A stretch of DNA of 64,000 bases from an uncultured Spirochaetota bacterium (GTDB lineage: Bacteria > Spirochaetota > Spirochaetia > SZUA-6 > Fen-1364), in assembly GCA_963745235.1 (NCBI GenBank), contig CAVUXE010000035.1, positions 256,001 through 320,000 on the forward strand, in the 5' to 3' direction. The notes under the pieces were generated by a model. It did not search any database. It saw only the letters and a list, made by a program, of their open reading frames with translations, and had not been told where the DNA came from. This document shows, in pieces, positions 29,296 to 38,168 of the stretch. The number at the start of each line of letters is the position of its first letter. The stretch's first letter is position 1. The position numbers and the translations under genes are program-made.

Positions 29296-30790
29296 CTACG
29301 CCACGCCGGTGGACAGCTCGCCCAGCCTCGATTCCGTCGTCGATGCCGGGTCGAGCTCCTGGACGAGGGCGCCGTCCCGCATCACGAGGATCCGGCTCGT
29401 GCAGGCGAGCACCTCCGGCAGGTCGTCCGAGACCACGATGATGGCGAGCCCGGAGGCGGCGAGCCTGCGCATCAGGGCGTGGATATCGTACTTCGAGCCG
29501 ATGTCGACGCCCATCGTGGGGCCGTTCAGTACGAGGACCTTGAGGTCGTTGGCCAACCAGCGGGCCAGGACGGCCTTCTGCTGGTTCCCGCCAGAGAGTG
29601 TCCGCACCGGGAGGGAGGGGTCCCTGGTCGCGATAGAAAGCTCGGAGATCCAGCGCGCCGTGGTCTCCGCGACGGCCTTCGTCTTGAGGAAGCCGAGCCG
29701 GGAGGAGAGCCGCGCGAGCACCGCGACCACGATGTTGCGCTCGATGGTCTGGGGTTGGAACAGACCCTCCGTGAGGCGGTCAGAGGGCACATAGCCGATG
29801 CCCCGGCGGATCGCGGCCTTGACGCTGCGCATCCGCGCCGGCCTTCCCTCGACCTGGATCGTGCCCCCGTCGGGCCTCGAGATGCCGAAGATGGTCTCGA
29901 CCAGCTCTGTCCGCCCCGATCCAAGGAGGCCGGTGATGCCGAGGATCTCGCCCGGCGAGAGGTCGAAGGAAACGTCGGCGTAGCAGCCGCGCAGCGTGAG
30001 GCCCTTCACCGACAGCACAGGCTTCCCGACCGGGCCCGCGAGGCGATAGGACTCCTCCGTAAACTCCCGGCCGGTCATGTGGAAGGCGAAGGTCTTTCGA
30101 TCGAGATCCCGCGTGCTGCCGGAGGCGGCGTTTTCCCCGCTCCTGATGATCGTGTAGCGTTCGGAGATCTCGAAGACCTCGTCGAGCTTGTGGGAGACGA
30201 AGAGGATCGAGATCCCCCGAGACTGGAGATTCTTGATTACGGCGAAGAGGGCCTTCACCTCCTTCTTGGTCAAAGCGGAGGTGGGCTCGTCCATGATGAT
30301 GAGCTTCGAGTTCTGCAGCAGTGCGCGGCAGATCGCGATGAGCTGGCGGTCCGCGACTGAGAGGTTCTCCACGCGCTCGTCGAGGTCGATATCGAAGCCG
30401 ATGAGGGAGACGGCGCGGGCAGCGATCGATCGGGCCCTGCGGTAGTTCATCAGTTTGCGGCTGTCCATGAGCTCCCTGTTGAGGGCGAGATTCTCCATCA
30501 CGCTCAGGTTGGGGAAGACGGAGAAATCCTGGTAGATGACCTGGACGCCGAGGGCGATTGCCTCCATGGGGGTGAGGCGGGAGAAGGAGCGTCCGCCGAT
30601 CTCAATTCTGCCCGCGTCGGGCTCGGTGGACGCCCGAGATCACCTTGATGAGGGTGGACTTGCCCGAGCCGTTCTCGCCCGCGAGGCAGTGAATCTCCCC
30701 CGCACCGATCTCCAGGCTCACCCCCTTGAGCGCCTGGACTCCTCCGAAGGACTTGACGATCCCCTGGACCCTCAGAACGGCATCCGACAC
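29296..30790 (-). CDS. Sugar ABC transporter ATP-binding protein (RbsA/MglA type), +1 frameshift at about 30625
   Basis: [12 protein letters not shown] in frame 1; [18 protein letters not shown] and GVDIGSK in frame 2. Confidence 0.9.
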
Positions 30791-30825
30791 CTCGAGCCTC
30801 CGCGACCGCAGGGTATCATAAAAAG

Positions 30826-30857
30826 CGCGGACGGGAGCATCACGCCCCGCCCGCGCC
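30826..30857 (-). terminator. Hairpin between SBP and ATPase genes (terminator/stabiliser)
   Basis: GCGCGGACGGGAGC/GCCCCGCCCGCGC stem; a T-run follows on the minus strand. Confidence 0.5.
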
Positions 30858-30908
30858 CTCATGGGAAGATGGTACGGGAGTACCCGTTCGGCGATAGTAC
30901 GCCGCAGC

Positions 30909-31943
30909 CTAGAATCCGAACGTGTCAACGTTGGCCTTGTTGATCGTGATCCAGCCCTGTCCCTGGAGTACCGTGGTCGAGCCGGGCTTGAACTTCATGC
31001 TCGTCCAGCCCGGAGCCTTCAGGTTGATACCGTTGGCGACCTTCTCTCCCTTGAGGACGGCGACGGCCATCGCAAGCTGGGCATAGCCGGCGTCCCTGGG
31101 GTCCCAGAGGAGGACGCCATCAACGGTTCCGTCCTTGATGAAGGGCGCGCACTCGTTGGGCAGTCCGACCGCAGTCACGAAGGCTTTGCCCTGAAGGCCG
31201 AGCTCCTCGATGGCACGACCGGTGCCCGGGACGGAGAGCGAGGAGGTTCCGAAGATGCCCTTGAGATTGGGATACTTCTTGAAGAGCTCCTTGGCCCGCT
31301 GGTAGGCGGTGTCGAGGTTGTCCATGATCTCGACGCGCGGCTCGGCGGCGAGCAGTGTCATGCCGGGGTAATGCGCCTTCTGGTAGGCGACGCCGGCGTC
31401 GGCCCACTCGTTATGCGAGGCGTTGGTGACGTTGCCGACCATCGTCGTGTAGACGCCCTTTTCCCCCATCATCTTGGCCAGCTCCTTCATGATCGTCTGG
31501 CCGAGGCCCTCGTTCGAGAAGGCTTCGATGTCGTAGAGGCAGTTCTGCTGGGAGGCGCCCTCATGGTCGATGACCACGATGCCCTTGGAAAGGGCTTCGC
31601 CGAGCACGGGCTCAAGGGCCGAGGGATCGACCGGTACGACGCAGATGGCGTCGACGCCCTGGGCGATAAGGTCCTCGATGACCTGGGCCTGCATGGCAGC
31701 GTCGGTCTTCGGGGGTCCCTTCTGGAAGACGTTGATCCCCGTTGCCTTGGCGAACTCCTTGACGCCGACCTCCATCCGAACGAACCAGGCGTTCGTGGCG
31801 TCCTTGGGGACCAGGGCGATCTTCCATGCCGATTGCGGCTTGGAAGACTTGAACTTCATGGGATCATAGTTCTGCGCGAAGAGCGGCACCGAGAGCATGA
31901 AGACGAGCACGAGCGATACCACGAGAACCAGTGTTCGTTTCAT
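30909..31943 (-). CDS. Sugar ABC substrate-binding protein (LsrB/RhaS-like)
   Basis: Signal peptide; [29 protein letters not shown] motif. Confidence 0.88.
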   Translation of the reverse strand: MKRTLVLVVSLVLVFMLSVPLFAQNYDPMKFKSSKPQSAWKIALVPKDATNAWFVRMEVGVKEFAKATGINVFQKGPPKTDAAMQAQVIEDLIAQGVDAICVVPVDPSALEPVLGEALSKGIVVIDHEGASQQNCLYDIEAFSNEGLGQTIMKELAKMMGEKGVYTTMVGNVTNASHNEWADAGVAYQKAHYPGMTLLAAEPRVEIMDNLDTAYQRAKELFKKYPNLKGIFGTSSLSVPGTGRAIEELGLQGKAFVTAVGLPNECAPFIKDGTVDGVLLWDPRDAGYAQLAMAVAVLKGEKVANGINLKAPGWTSMKFKPGSTTVLQGQGWITINKANVDTFGF

Positions 31944-31977
31944 CTTGTCCCTCCTTCTTCGGGTCAAAGATGGTGCG

Positions 31978-32171
31978 AGTCTATCATTGGCATGCACCCT
32001 GTCAAGGGAAATTTAGTGATGCATAAGTAAAACAAGGCATTTCTTCAAGTACCTGGTCTCCAAACGGTGCGCCGATGCACTGAAGCGCTCCGCGCTAATC
32101 GCTTGGAGAGTAGAGATGCATTTACTAAATATTCAGTTATCCTTGACAAATGGACTTTTCGACCCTACGCT
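31978..32171. promoter_or_regulatory. Divergent promoters with mirrored candidate operators
   Basis: Minus TTGACA-N16-TAGACT and plus TTGACA-N17-TACGCT; ATTTAGTGATGCAT (32011) and its near inverse ATGCATTTACTAAAT (32116). Confidence 0.55.
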
Positions 32172-32205
32172 GTCCTATATTGCCCAAAGAAAGGTCGGCG
32201 ACGGG

Positions 32206-33222
32206 ATGAGCGTTCGCGTAAAGGATATCGCCGCGGCAGTCGGTGTATCGCCGACCACGGTGTCTCTCGTTCTCAACAACAAGCCCGGCGCTGGGGAGAA
32301 TTTGCGAGAGCGGATTCTCCGCACGGCGAAGGACCTCGGGTATGCGGCCCCGAAGGGCGCCAGGGCCGGCTCGCTCTGCCTCCTCCACATCGCTCGGCAC
32401 GGCCACACCGTCAATCGCGACCATGACGTCTTCATCGCGGACTATATCGAAGGCCTCAGCCACGAGGCGAAGCTCGGGGGATACGCCCTCGAGATCGTCA
32501 CCTTCAAGCCGGCGCCGATAGCGCAGGTCCTCGACGTCGCCCTCGGGATGGCCCCGGACGGATTCGTCGTCCTCGGGACCGAGCTGACCCGCCAGGACGT
32601 CGAGGCCTTCGGCGAGCTTCGCAAGCCCCTCGTCTTCCTCGACACCTACCATGAGTTCCTGGACTTCGACTTCGTCGACATGAACAACGAGGACTCCGTT
32701 TTCCTCATCCTGTCCCACCTCCACGCGATGGGCCACCGGGAGATCGGCTTCGTCCGCGCGGCGGTCGAAACGCGGAATATCCGCTTGCGCGAGGAGGGAT
32801 TCTACGCAGGGCTGGGCAGGCTCGGCCTCGAGGCGGACAAGTCCTTCGTTTTCTCCGTCGACCAGACCTATCACGGGGCTTGCGATGACATGAAGGCGAT
32901 CCTCGCCGGCAGGCCGCGGCTTCCGACGGCCCTTGTCTGCGGCAACGACATCATCGCGTGCGGTTGCCTGAAGGCGTGCTCCGACACCGGCATCAGTGTC
33001 CCCGATGACCTCTCCATCGTCGGCTTCGACAACCTCCCCCTTGCGGCGGTCGTCGACCCGCCGCTCACCACCATCCAGGTCTCCAAGGCCCAGATCGGCC
33101 GGATGGCAATCCAGCTCCTCGTCTCGCGGCTACGGGGCGACGCAGACGTGCCTTCGGTGAAGGTGCTCATCGGCGGCAAGCTCGTCGAGCGGCGCAGTGT
33201 GAAAAGGAGGGAAGCGACATGA
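32206..33222 (+). CDS. LacI-family transcriptional regulator
   Basis: VKDIAAAVGVSPTTVSLVLN HTH; PDDLSIVGFD, PPLTTI. Confidence 0.95.
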   Translation: MSVRVKDIAAAVGVSPTTVSLVLNNKPGAGENLRERILRTAKDLGYAAPKGARAGSLCLLHIARHGHTVNRDHDVFIADYIEGLSHEAKLGGYALEIVTFKPAPIAQVLDVALGMAPDGFVVLGTELTRQDVEAFGELRKPLVFLDTYHEFLDFDFVDMNNEDSVFLILSHLHAMGHREIGFVRAAVETRNIRLREEGFYAGLGRLGLEADKSFVFSVDQTYHGACDDMKAILAGRPRLPTALVCGNDIIACGCLKACSDTGISVPDDLSIVGFDNLPLAAVVDPPLTTIQVSKAQIGRMAIQLLVSRLRGDADVPSVKVLIGGKLVERRSVKRREAT

Positions 33223-34190
33223 AGTATTCCGTCATTCTCGGCAACCTGGGCAACACCTGCGACAGGTTCCTGTCCTCGGGTTACAAGGAACAGCTCCCCA
33301 AAGCGGAGATGATCCGGCAGGCCGCGGCCATCGAGGGCGTGAAAGGCGTCGAGCTCGTGGGCACGTGGGACGTGACGCGCGAGAACGTCGACGAGATCGG
33401 CGGGCTCCTGGCCAGGCACGGCCTTCAGTGCGTCTCGATCATCCCCGACCACTTCTCGCAGAAACGCTGGGGCAGGGGCGCCTTCGTCTCGAAGGACCCG
33501 GCGATCCGCGCCCAGGCACTCGAGGAGACCCTGGCCGCTGCCGAGCTCGCGCGGAAGCTGAAGTGCCCCCTCGTCAATCTCTGGCCGGGCCAGGACGGCT
33601 ACGACTATATCTTCCAGTCCGACTACCGCGTGGAGCGGCGCTGGACGATTGAGGCGGTCAAAGCCGCGGCGAAGGCCTATCCGGACATCCGCTTCTCTCT
33701 CGAGTACAAGCCGAAGGAGCCTCGTACGCACTCCACGTGGGCACGCGCCGCGGACACCCTCCTGGTGGCAAGAGAAACGGGCCTCCCCAACGTGGGGGTC
33801 ACCATCGACACCGGCCACTCGCTCGCCGGGGGCGAGAACGTGGCGGAGGCAGCGGTCATCCTGTCAGACTACGGCCGCAAGCTTTTCCACCTGCACTTCA
33901 ACGACAACTACCGTTCGTGGGACGACGACATGATCGTTGGCGCGGTGCACTTCGCGGAGTTCCTCGAGCTGCTCTTCTGGCTGCGGGAGGTCGGTTACGA
34001 CGGCTGGTATTCCATGGACCAGTACCCGTACCGCGAGGACGGACAGGCCGCCATCCGATCCAGCGTCGAGTTCCTGCGCGGGCTCGAAACCATGCTCGAC
34101 GGCTCCATGGACGAGTTGCGTGCCGTCATTGCCTCGGGGGACCCGATCGCCTACACGGCCTGGCTCAGGTCGAAGCTCTTCCGGCGCTGA
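33219..34190 (+). CDS. Xylose-isomerase-like TIM-barrel sugar isomerase (ApsI/RhaI-like)
   Basis: WPGQDG, EYKPKEP, DTGH, HFNDN..DDD and DQYP metal motifs. Confidence 0.85.
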   Translation: MKYSVILGNLGNTCDRFLSSGYKEQLPKAEMIRQAAAIEGVKGVELVGTWDVTRENVDEIGGLLARHGLQCVSIIPDHFSQKRWGRGAFVSKDPAIRAQALEETLAAAELARKLKCPLVNLWPGQDGYDYIFQSDYRVERRWTIEAVKAAAKAYPDIRFSLEYKPKEPRTHSTWARAADTLLVARETGLPNVGVTIDTGHSLAGGENVAEAAVILSDYGRKLFHLHFNDNYRSWDDDMIVGAVHFAEFLELLFWLREVGYDGWYSMDQYPYREDGQAAIRSSVEFLRGLETMLDGSMDELRAVIASGDPIAYTAWLRSKLFRR

Positions 34191-34329
34191 AGATTCAGCG
34201 CGGATGCGCTCCTGCATCTCGGCAACCGTGAGGTCGCCGCATAGTTCCCTTGCTGCCCTATTGCACCTTGCGGATACGCTGGTTGAGAGTGTCGCCGACA
34301 TTGGGCCAGAAGGACTTTGACTTGGCGCG

Positions 34330-34452
34330 GATGGAGACGGATTCATTTTGACAGCCGAAATCCTCGATTTCCTGAAGGACTGGCTGCAAAACCACATCAA
34401 AGGGATGGACAGGCAATACATCCCATGCTTCGTCGAGAACGGACTGCGGTGA
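34330..34452 (+). pseudogene. C-terminal remnant of bacteriohemerythrin
   Basis: [25 protein letters not shown] is the hemerythrin 'WLxxHIxxxDxxY' helix; upstream helices are absent. Confidence 0.7.
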
Positions 34453-34522
34453 GGCGCGCGTAGCCTGCGTCGTTGGCGGTTTCTGCTTTGCTCAGGGCAC
34501 TGAGCGGCACGCCGCCGCCTGC

Positions 34523-36940
34523 TCAGTTCGCGCTGATCACCAGCGTGTAGGGGCCAATGTTCTCCTTCCCATACGTGCCGCCGACGCCGTCCTGGACGTC
34601 GATCCAGCGCGGGACGCTCGGCGCGTCTGGGACCCACCCCAGAGCCAGCGACGAGGCGGCCGTGATCCCGATAGCCGAACCAGGGGGGAACGTGTTTGGA
34701 CCCGTCATCGGAAACAGGCCGGCATCAAAGCTCCCCGTCCAGCTCATGGAGAAGTTGATTGCGTTCGCGGTGCCGGTGTTGAATTGGAAGATATCATCCT
34801 TGTCCGTGTTGTTCACCGGGTTCGGCAGTGATGCGTTGATCAGAATGCTCATGCCCGGCCTCATGACAACGCCGCCGGCTATGCCGAAATTGTTGTAGTT
34901 TGTCAATCCGACATAGTCGCCGTTCGGCTCGGTTTCGCTGTAAATGCCTACCGGCGTCGTTCCTGCCGTCGGCGCCGAATTGTTGGAGGGGTTGACGTCC
35001 TCTGCAACGGTCACCGATGCAATGAGGTAATAATTACCGTAGTTCAGCGGCCACGGCCCGCTGGACGAGATGGGAACAGTTGCTCCGGCGGCGAAAGGCA
35101 AGTTGGTGCCCGAGGCGACCGGAATTGCAGACCCGTCCAGGAAGTTTTTCGTTGACGCGTAGACGGTCCAGCTCAGCGGCTGAGTTCCGTTCTGGGTGCT
35201 GATGTTCTTGATCTGGAAAGTGAAGGGCACAGGTGCCCCGGGAATCCACGGCGCGCTTCCCGTGTTGGTTACGGAGATCACCGTGTAATCCGGCTGAGCC
35301 GGCGTTGTCACAAATGCCGCTGACGCCACCGTATTGTTGCTGGGAACCGTATCGTCCGCCGCAGAAATCGAGATGATGAGGTACCAGGTTCCGGCCGTAG
35401 TCGGCCACAGCGCGGAAAAGGGGACGGTCGCCGGGACTCCTGACGCCGGCACCGTGCCGGATGCCAACACGGCGTCCCCCGCACCGAGGGTGGCGGTCGG
35501 TGAGACGTACGCGGTCCAGCTCACCGGTTGTGACCCTGCCCCTGTTCCAATGTTTTTCAGATCGAAGCTGGCGCTCAAGGTCTGGCCCGCTCCCGTTCCC
35601 CCAAGGTTGTTCACCGCTGTGACGGTGTAGTCGACGAAGGTGGTCGTGTAAGGACCGCTCACCGAAACGTTGTTGGCCGTGTTGATGTCCTCCGGTGAGG
35701 AGGCGGAGGCCTTCAGGTAGTAGGGTCCCCCAGGAGCGGTGGGCCACACTCCCGCAAAGCTCACCACCGTGGAAGCCGGCGAGGCCCCGAGCGCCGCCGC
35801 GGAGCCAGAGTCGATGGCCTTTGCCCCGGCATCTATCGTTGCCGTGCTGTCCGTGGAGACATACGCCGTCCAGGCGACTGACAGGACACCGGCGTCGCTG
35901 CCCAGGTTCTGCAGCGTGAAGTTTCCGGTAACCGCTTGCCCGGCAACAAGACCGCCGGTGCTGCTGGGAGCAGACACCGAGTAGTCCACGTTCGGCGGGT
36001 TGAGGACAACGGCGTTTGCGGTAGTGAGATTGTTGCTCGAGTTCAGATCATCGTCCGCCTGTATCATGACAAACAGATACCGCGTCGCCCCCGCTGGCAC
36101 GGGTACCACGGGCCAGGTCCCGGTGATCGGAACTGCTGTCGAGGCTCCTGCCCCGAGGGCGGGTGTGGAGCCGCTTGAAAGCAGGATTGTGCCTGCTGTG
36201 TTGAGAGTCACGGTGTTCGAAAGGTAGACCCACCAGTTCACCGGGCGGCCTCCGGCTGCAACTCCTCCGTTTCGAACTGTGAAGCTGTACCCCCCGGGGA
36301 TAGGCCGGCCGCCCGTGCCAGCGGTTGGATAGATGCCTGACTGGATTGTGTAGTCCACGTTCGTAACCGTGGCAGTGACGTCAACCGTCGCCGCGGCGGT
36401 GCTCGCCGCGCTGTCGGTGACTCGCACCTGGTCCGCTCCACCGCTGGTGAACCCCGAGGTGTACAGGCCGCTTGCTCCGTTGATGGTCGGTGATGAGGTT
36501 GTTGCGCCAAGGCTGAAGGAGTAGGGGGGAGTGCCGCCTGCTGCCACGAACTGAATGGATGAGTTCAATCCCACGCTGGCAGTGACGGGGTTGATCGTGA
36601 GGAGGCCCGTCGGGGTCACCGCGATCGAAGAGTCGCTGGTTCCCTTGATCCTGTCAGTGACGCGAATCACGACGTTCCCCGTGGCGGTGGCCGTGAACAA
36701 GCCGTTCAGGTTGTTGAGCGTGCCCACGCCGGAGACGATGGAGAATGCGTACGGCTGAACGCCTCCGGTGGCTGAGAGCGTTATCGTGCTGCCGAGAAAC
36801 AAGGACGCGCTGCGCGGGGCAATGGTGAGAGGAGGCGTGGCAATCTTGTCGCCGAGGGCGCCGTAGAAGCTCGCCTGCTTGCACGAGCCTATTGCCAGGA
36901 CGATCGCGAAAGCTGCAAGGAACAGGAACGCCCTTTTCAT
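34523..36940 (-). CDS. Large surface lipoprotein with Ig-like and four CARDB-like repeats
   Basis: Lipobox LAIGS-C; two GGxxPYxF Ig modules; four repeats starting (V/P)DY(T/S) and ending DxxxSNN-like; C-terminal ETEPN. Confidence 0.8.
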   Translation of the reverse strand: MKRAFLFLAAFAIVLAIGSCKQASFYGALGDKIATPPLTIAPRSASLFLGSTITLSATGGVQPYAFSIVSGVGTLNNLNGLFTATATGNVVIRVTDRIKGTSDSSIAVTPTGLLTINPVTASVGLNSSIQFVAAGGTPPYSFSLGATTSSPTINGASGLYTSGFTSGGADQVRVTDSAASTAAATVDVTATVTNVDYTIQSGIYPTAGTGGRPIPGGYSFTVRNGGVAAGGRPVNWWVYLSNTVTLNTAGTILLSSGSTPALGAGASTAVPITGTWPVVPVPAGATRYLFVMIQADDDLNSSNNLTTANAVVLNPPNVDYSVSAPSSTGGLVAGQAVTGNFTLQNLGSDAGVLSVAWTAYVSTDSTATIDAGAKAIDSGSAAALGASPASTVVSFAGVWPTAPGGPYYLKASASSPEDINTANNVSVSGPYTTTFVDYTVTAVNNLGGTGAGQTLSASFDLKNIGTGAGSQPVSWTAYVSPTATLGAGDAVLASGTVPASGVPATVPFSALWPTTAGTWYLIISISAADDTVPSNNTVASAAFVTTPAQPDYTVISVTNTGSAPWIPGAPVPFTFQIKNISTQNGTQPLSWTVYASTKNFLDGSAIPVASGTNLPFAAGATVPISSSGPWPLNYGNYYLIASVTVAEDVNPSNNSAPTAGTTPVGIYSETEPNGDYVGLTNYNNFGIAGGVVMRPGMSILINASLPNPVNNTDKDDIFQFNTGTANAINFSMSWTGSFDAGLFPMTGPNTFPPGSAIGITAASSLALGWVPDAPSVPRWIDVQDGVGGTYGKENIGPYTLVISAN

Positions 36941-36959
36941 CCCTTATCCTTCATCGGTC

Positions 36960-38041
36960 CTACGGAAGAATCGTCAGCAACGCTGTCGGCGAGAACCCCA
37001 TGATCAGGTATGGCATCTCGAAATATACCTCGTAATTTGCCTCAATACTGATCCCGACGCGGGAAGTGATCATGACCCCGGCGCCCAGCCCGCTCTTCAC
37101 GAACTCGGTGACGTCAAAGAGAGTTCCTTGCGCGCGGTGTTCATCACCAGGAGTGCGGGACCTCCGCACACGTGCGCGTACACGAGAAACGGCTGTCCAC
37201 TGCCCGCTTCGTAGCGCAGGTCCGGACCGAGAGGAATCAGGTAGCTGCTCGCGGTGTCGATGAGGCCGTTCGCGGTAAAGGCGTTCATGGCGGCGTAAAT
37301 GCCAACGGAGAACCTGCCGGCGGCGGTCTGGAACTGCATGCTTGCCAGGATGGAGGGAAGAAGCCCCACGGAGAAGTATGCGCTTGCAGGGCCGAACGCA
37401 AGGAACGGGGCAAACCCGCTGGTGAGAGCCACGCGCCGGGGGGGCGCGGAGGACGAATACGCCGGACCGGTGGAAGCGGCTCCGGCCGCAGGTCCCCCCG
37501 AGGCGGGAACAGCCACTATCGGGCTCGGAGTCTCAGGCGGGGCCCGGGAAACCCTTGAGGCTGCGGCTCTGGCTTTGGCCAGCCGGTCGATTTCCGGGCG
37601 GACGGCCGTGACCAGGGAGTCCAGGGCTCGAAGGATGATAGCGTCAGCCCGGAGGTCGAGCGCTCCGCTTTCCCGGGTCTCAACAGGCGCGCTCGACGCC
37701 CCGACCTCATGCCATGCAAACCAGATGAGCAGTCTCCCGTTGTCCGCTGAGTAGTGACACCTCATGGTCGCGGGCTCCCCGCCCTTCTTCGCCTCCGTGT
37801 CGACGTCTTTGTCACCGGCGTCAGCGGGCAGGAAAGCGATTTGGAGTCCGAGGCTGTTGAGCTTGTAGCTGACCGCAGACGCAATGACCGATCGATAGCC
37901 CTCTCTGTCGGGGCCCTGGGGAAAAACGCCAATCAAGACGTCTGCAGGAGGTATGGCGTCGGCCCTTGCGGCCTGGTCGAAAGAGAGAAAGAGAAGAAAG
38001 CTTGAGAAGGCGAGGAGAATGCCTCGCCCCACTGGAGTCAT
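36960..38041 (-). CDS. Exported protein with probable C-terminal beta-barrel, frameshifted at about 37131-37136
   Basis: Signal peptide, N-terminal alpha/beta domain, Pro/Ala linker, then alternating amphipathic strands continuing in ORF 36960-37169. Confidence 0.55.
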
Positions 38042-38168
38042 CCCCGTATGCTCCTGAAGGAAGAGTCTACTTCTATTCTGTCTATTCTCTGCCTGTTATG
38101 CAAATATATCACAGATGCCTGGGTATCCCCTGGCAAGGGCCAGGCAGGTTGCGGGGTGACGGTATGAC

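Noticed and set aside
34318-34320. In-frame TGA upstream of the hemerythrin fragment as selenocysteine or readthrough
   Set aside because: Upstream frame has no hemerythrin similarity and no SECIS-like hairpin is evident.
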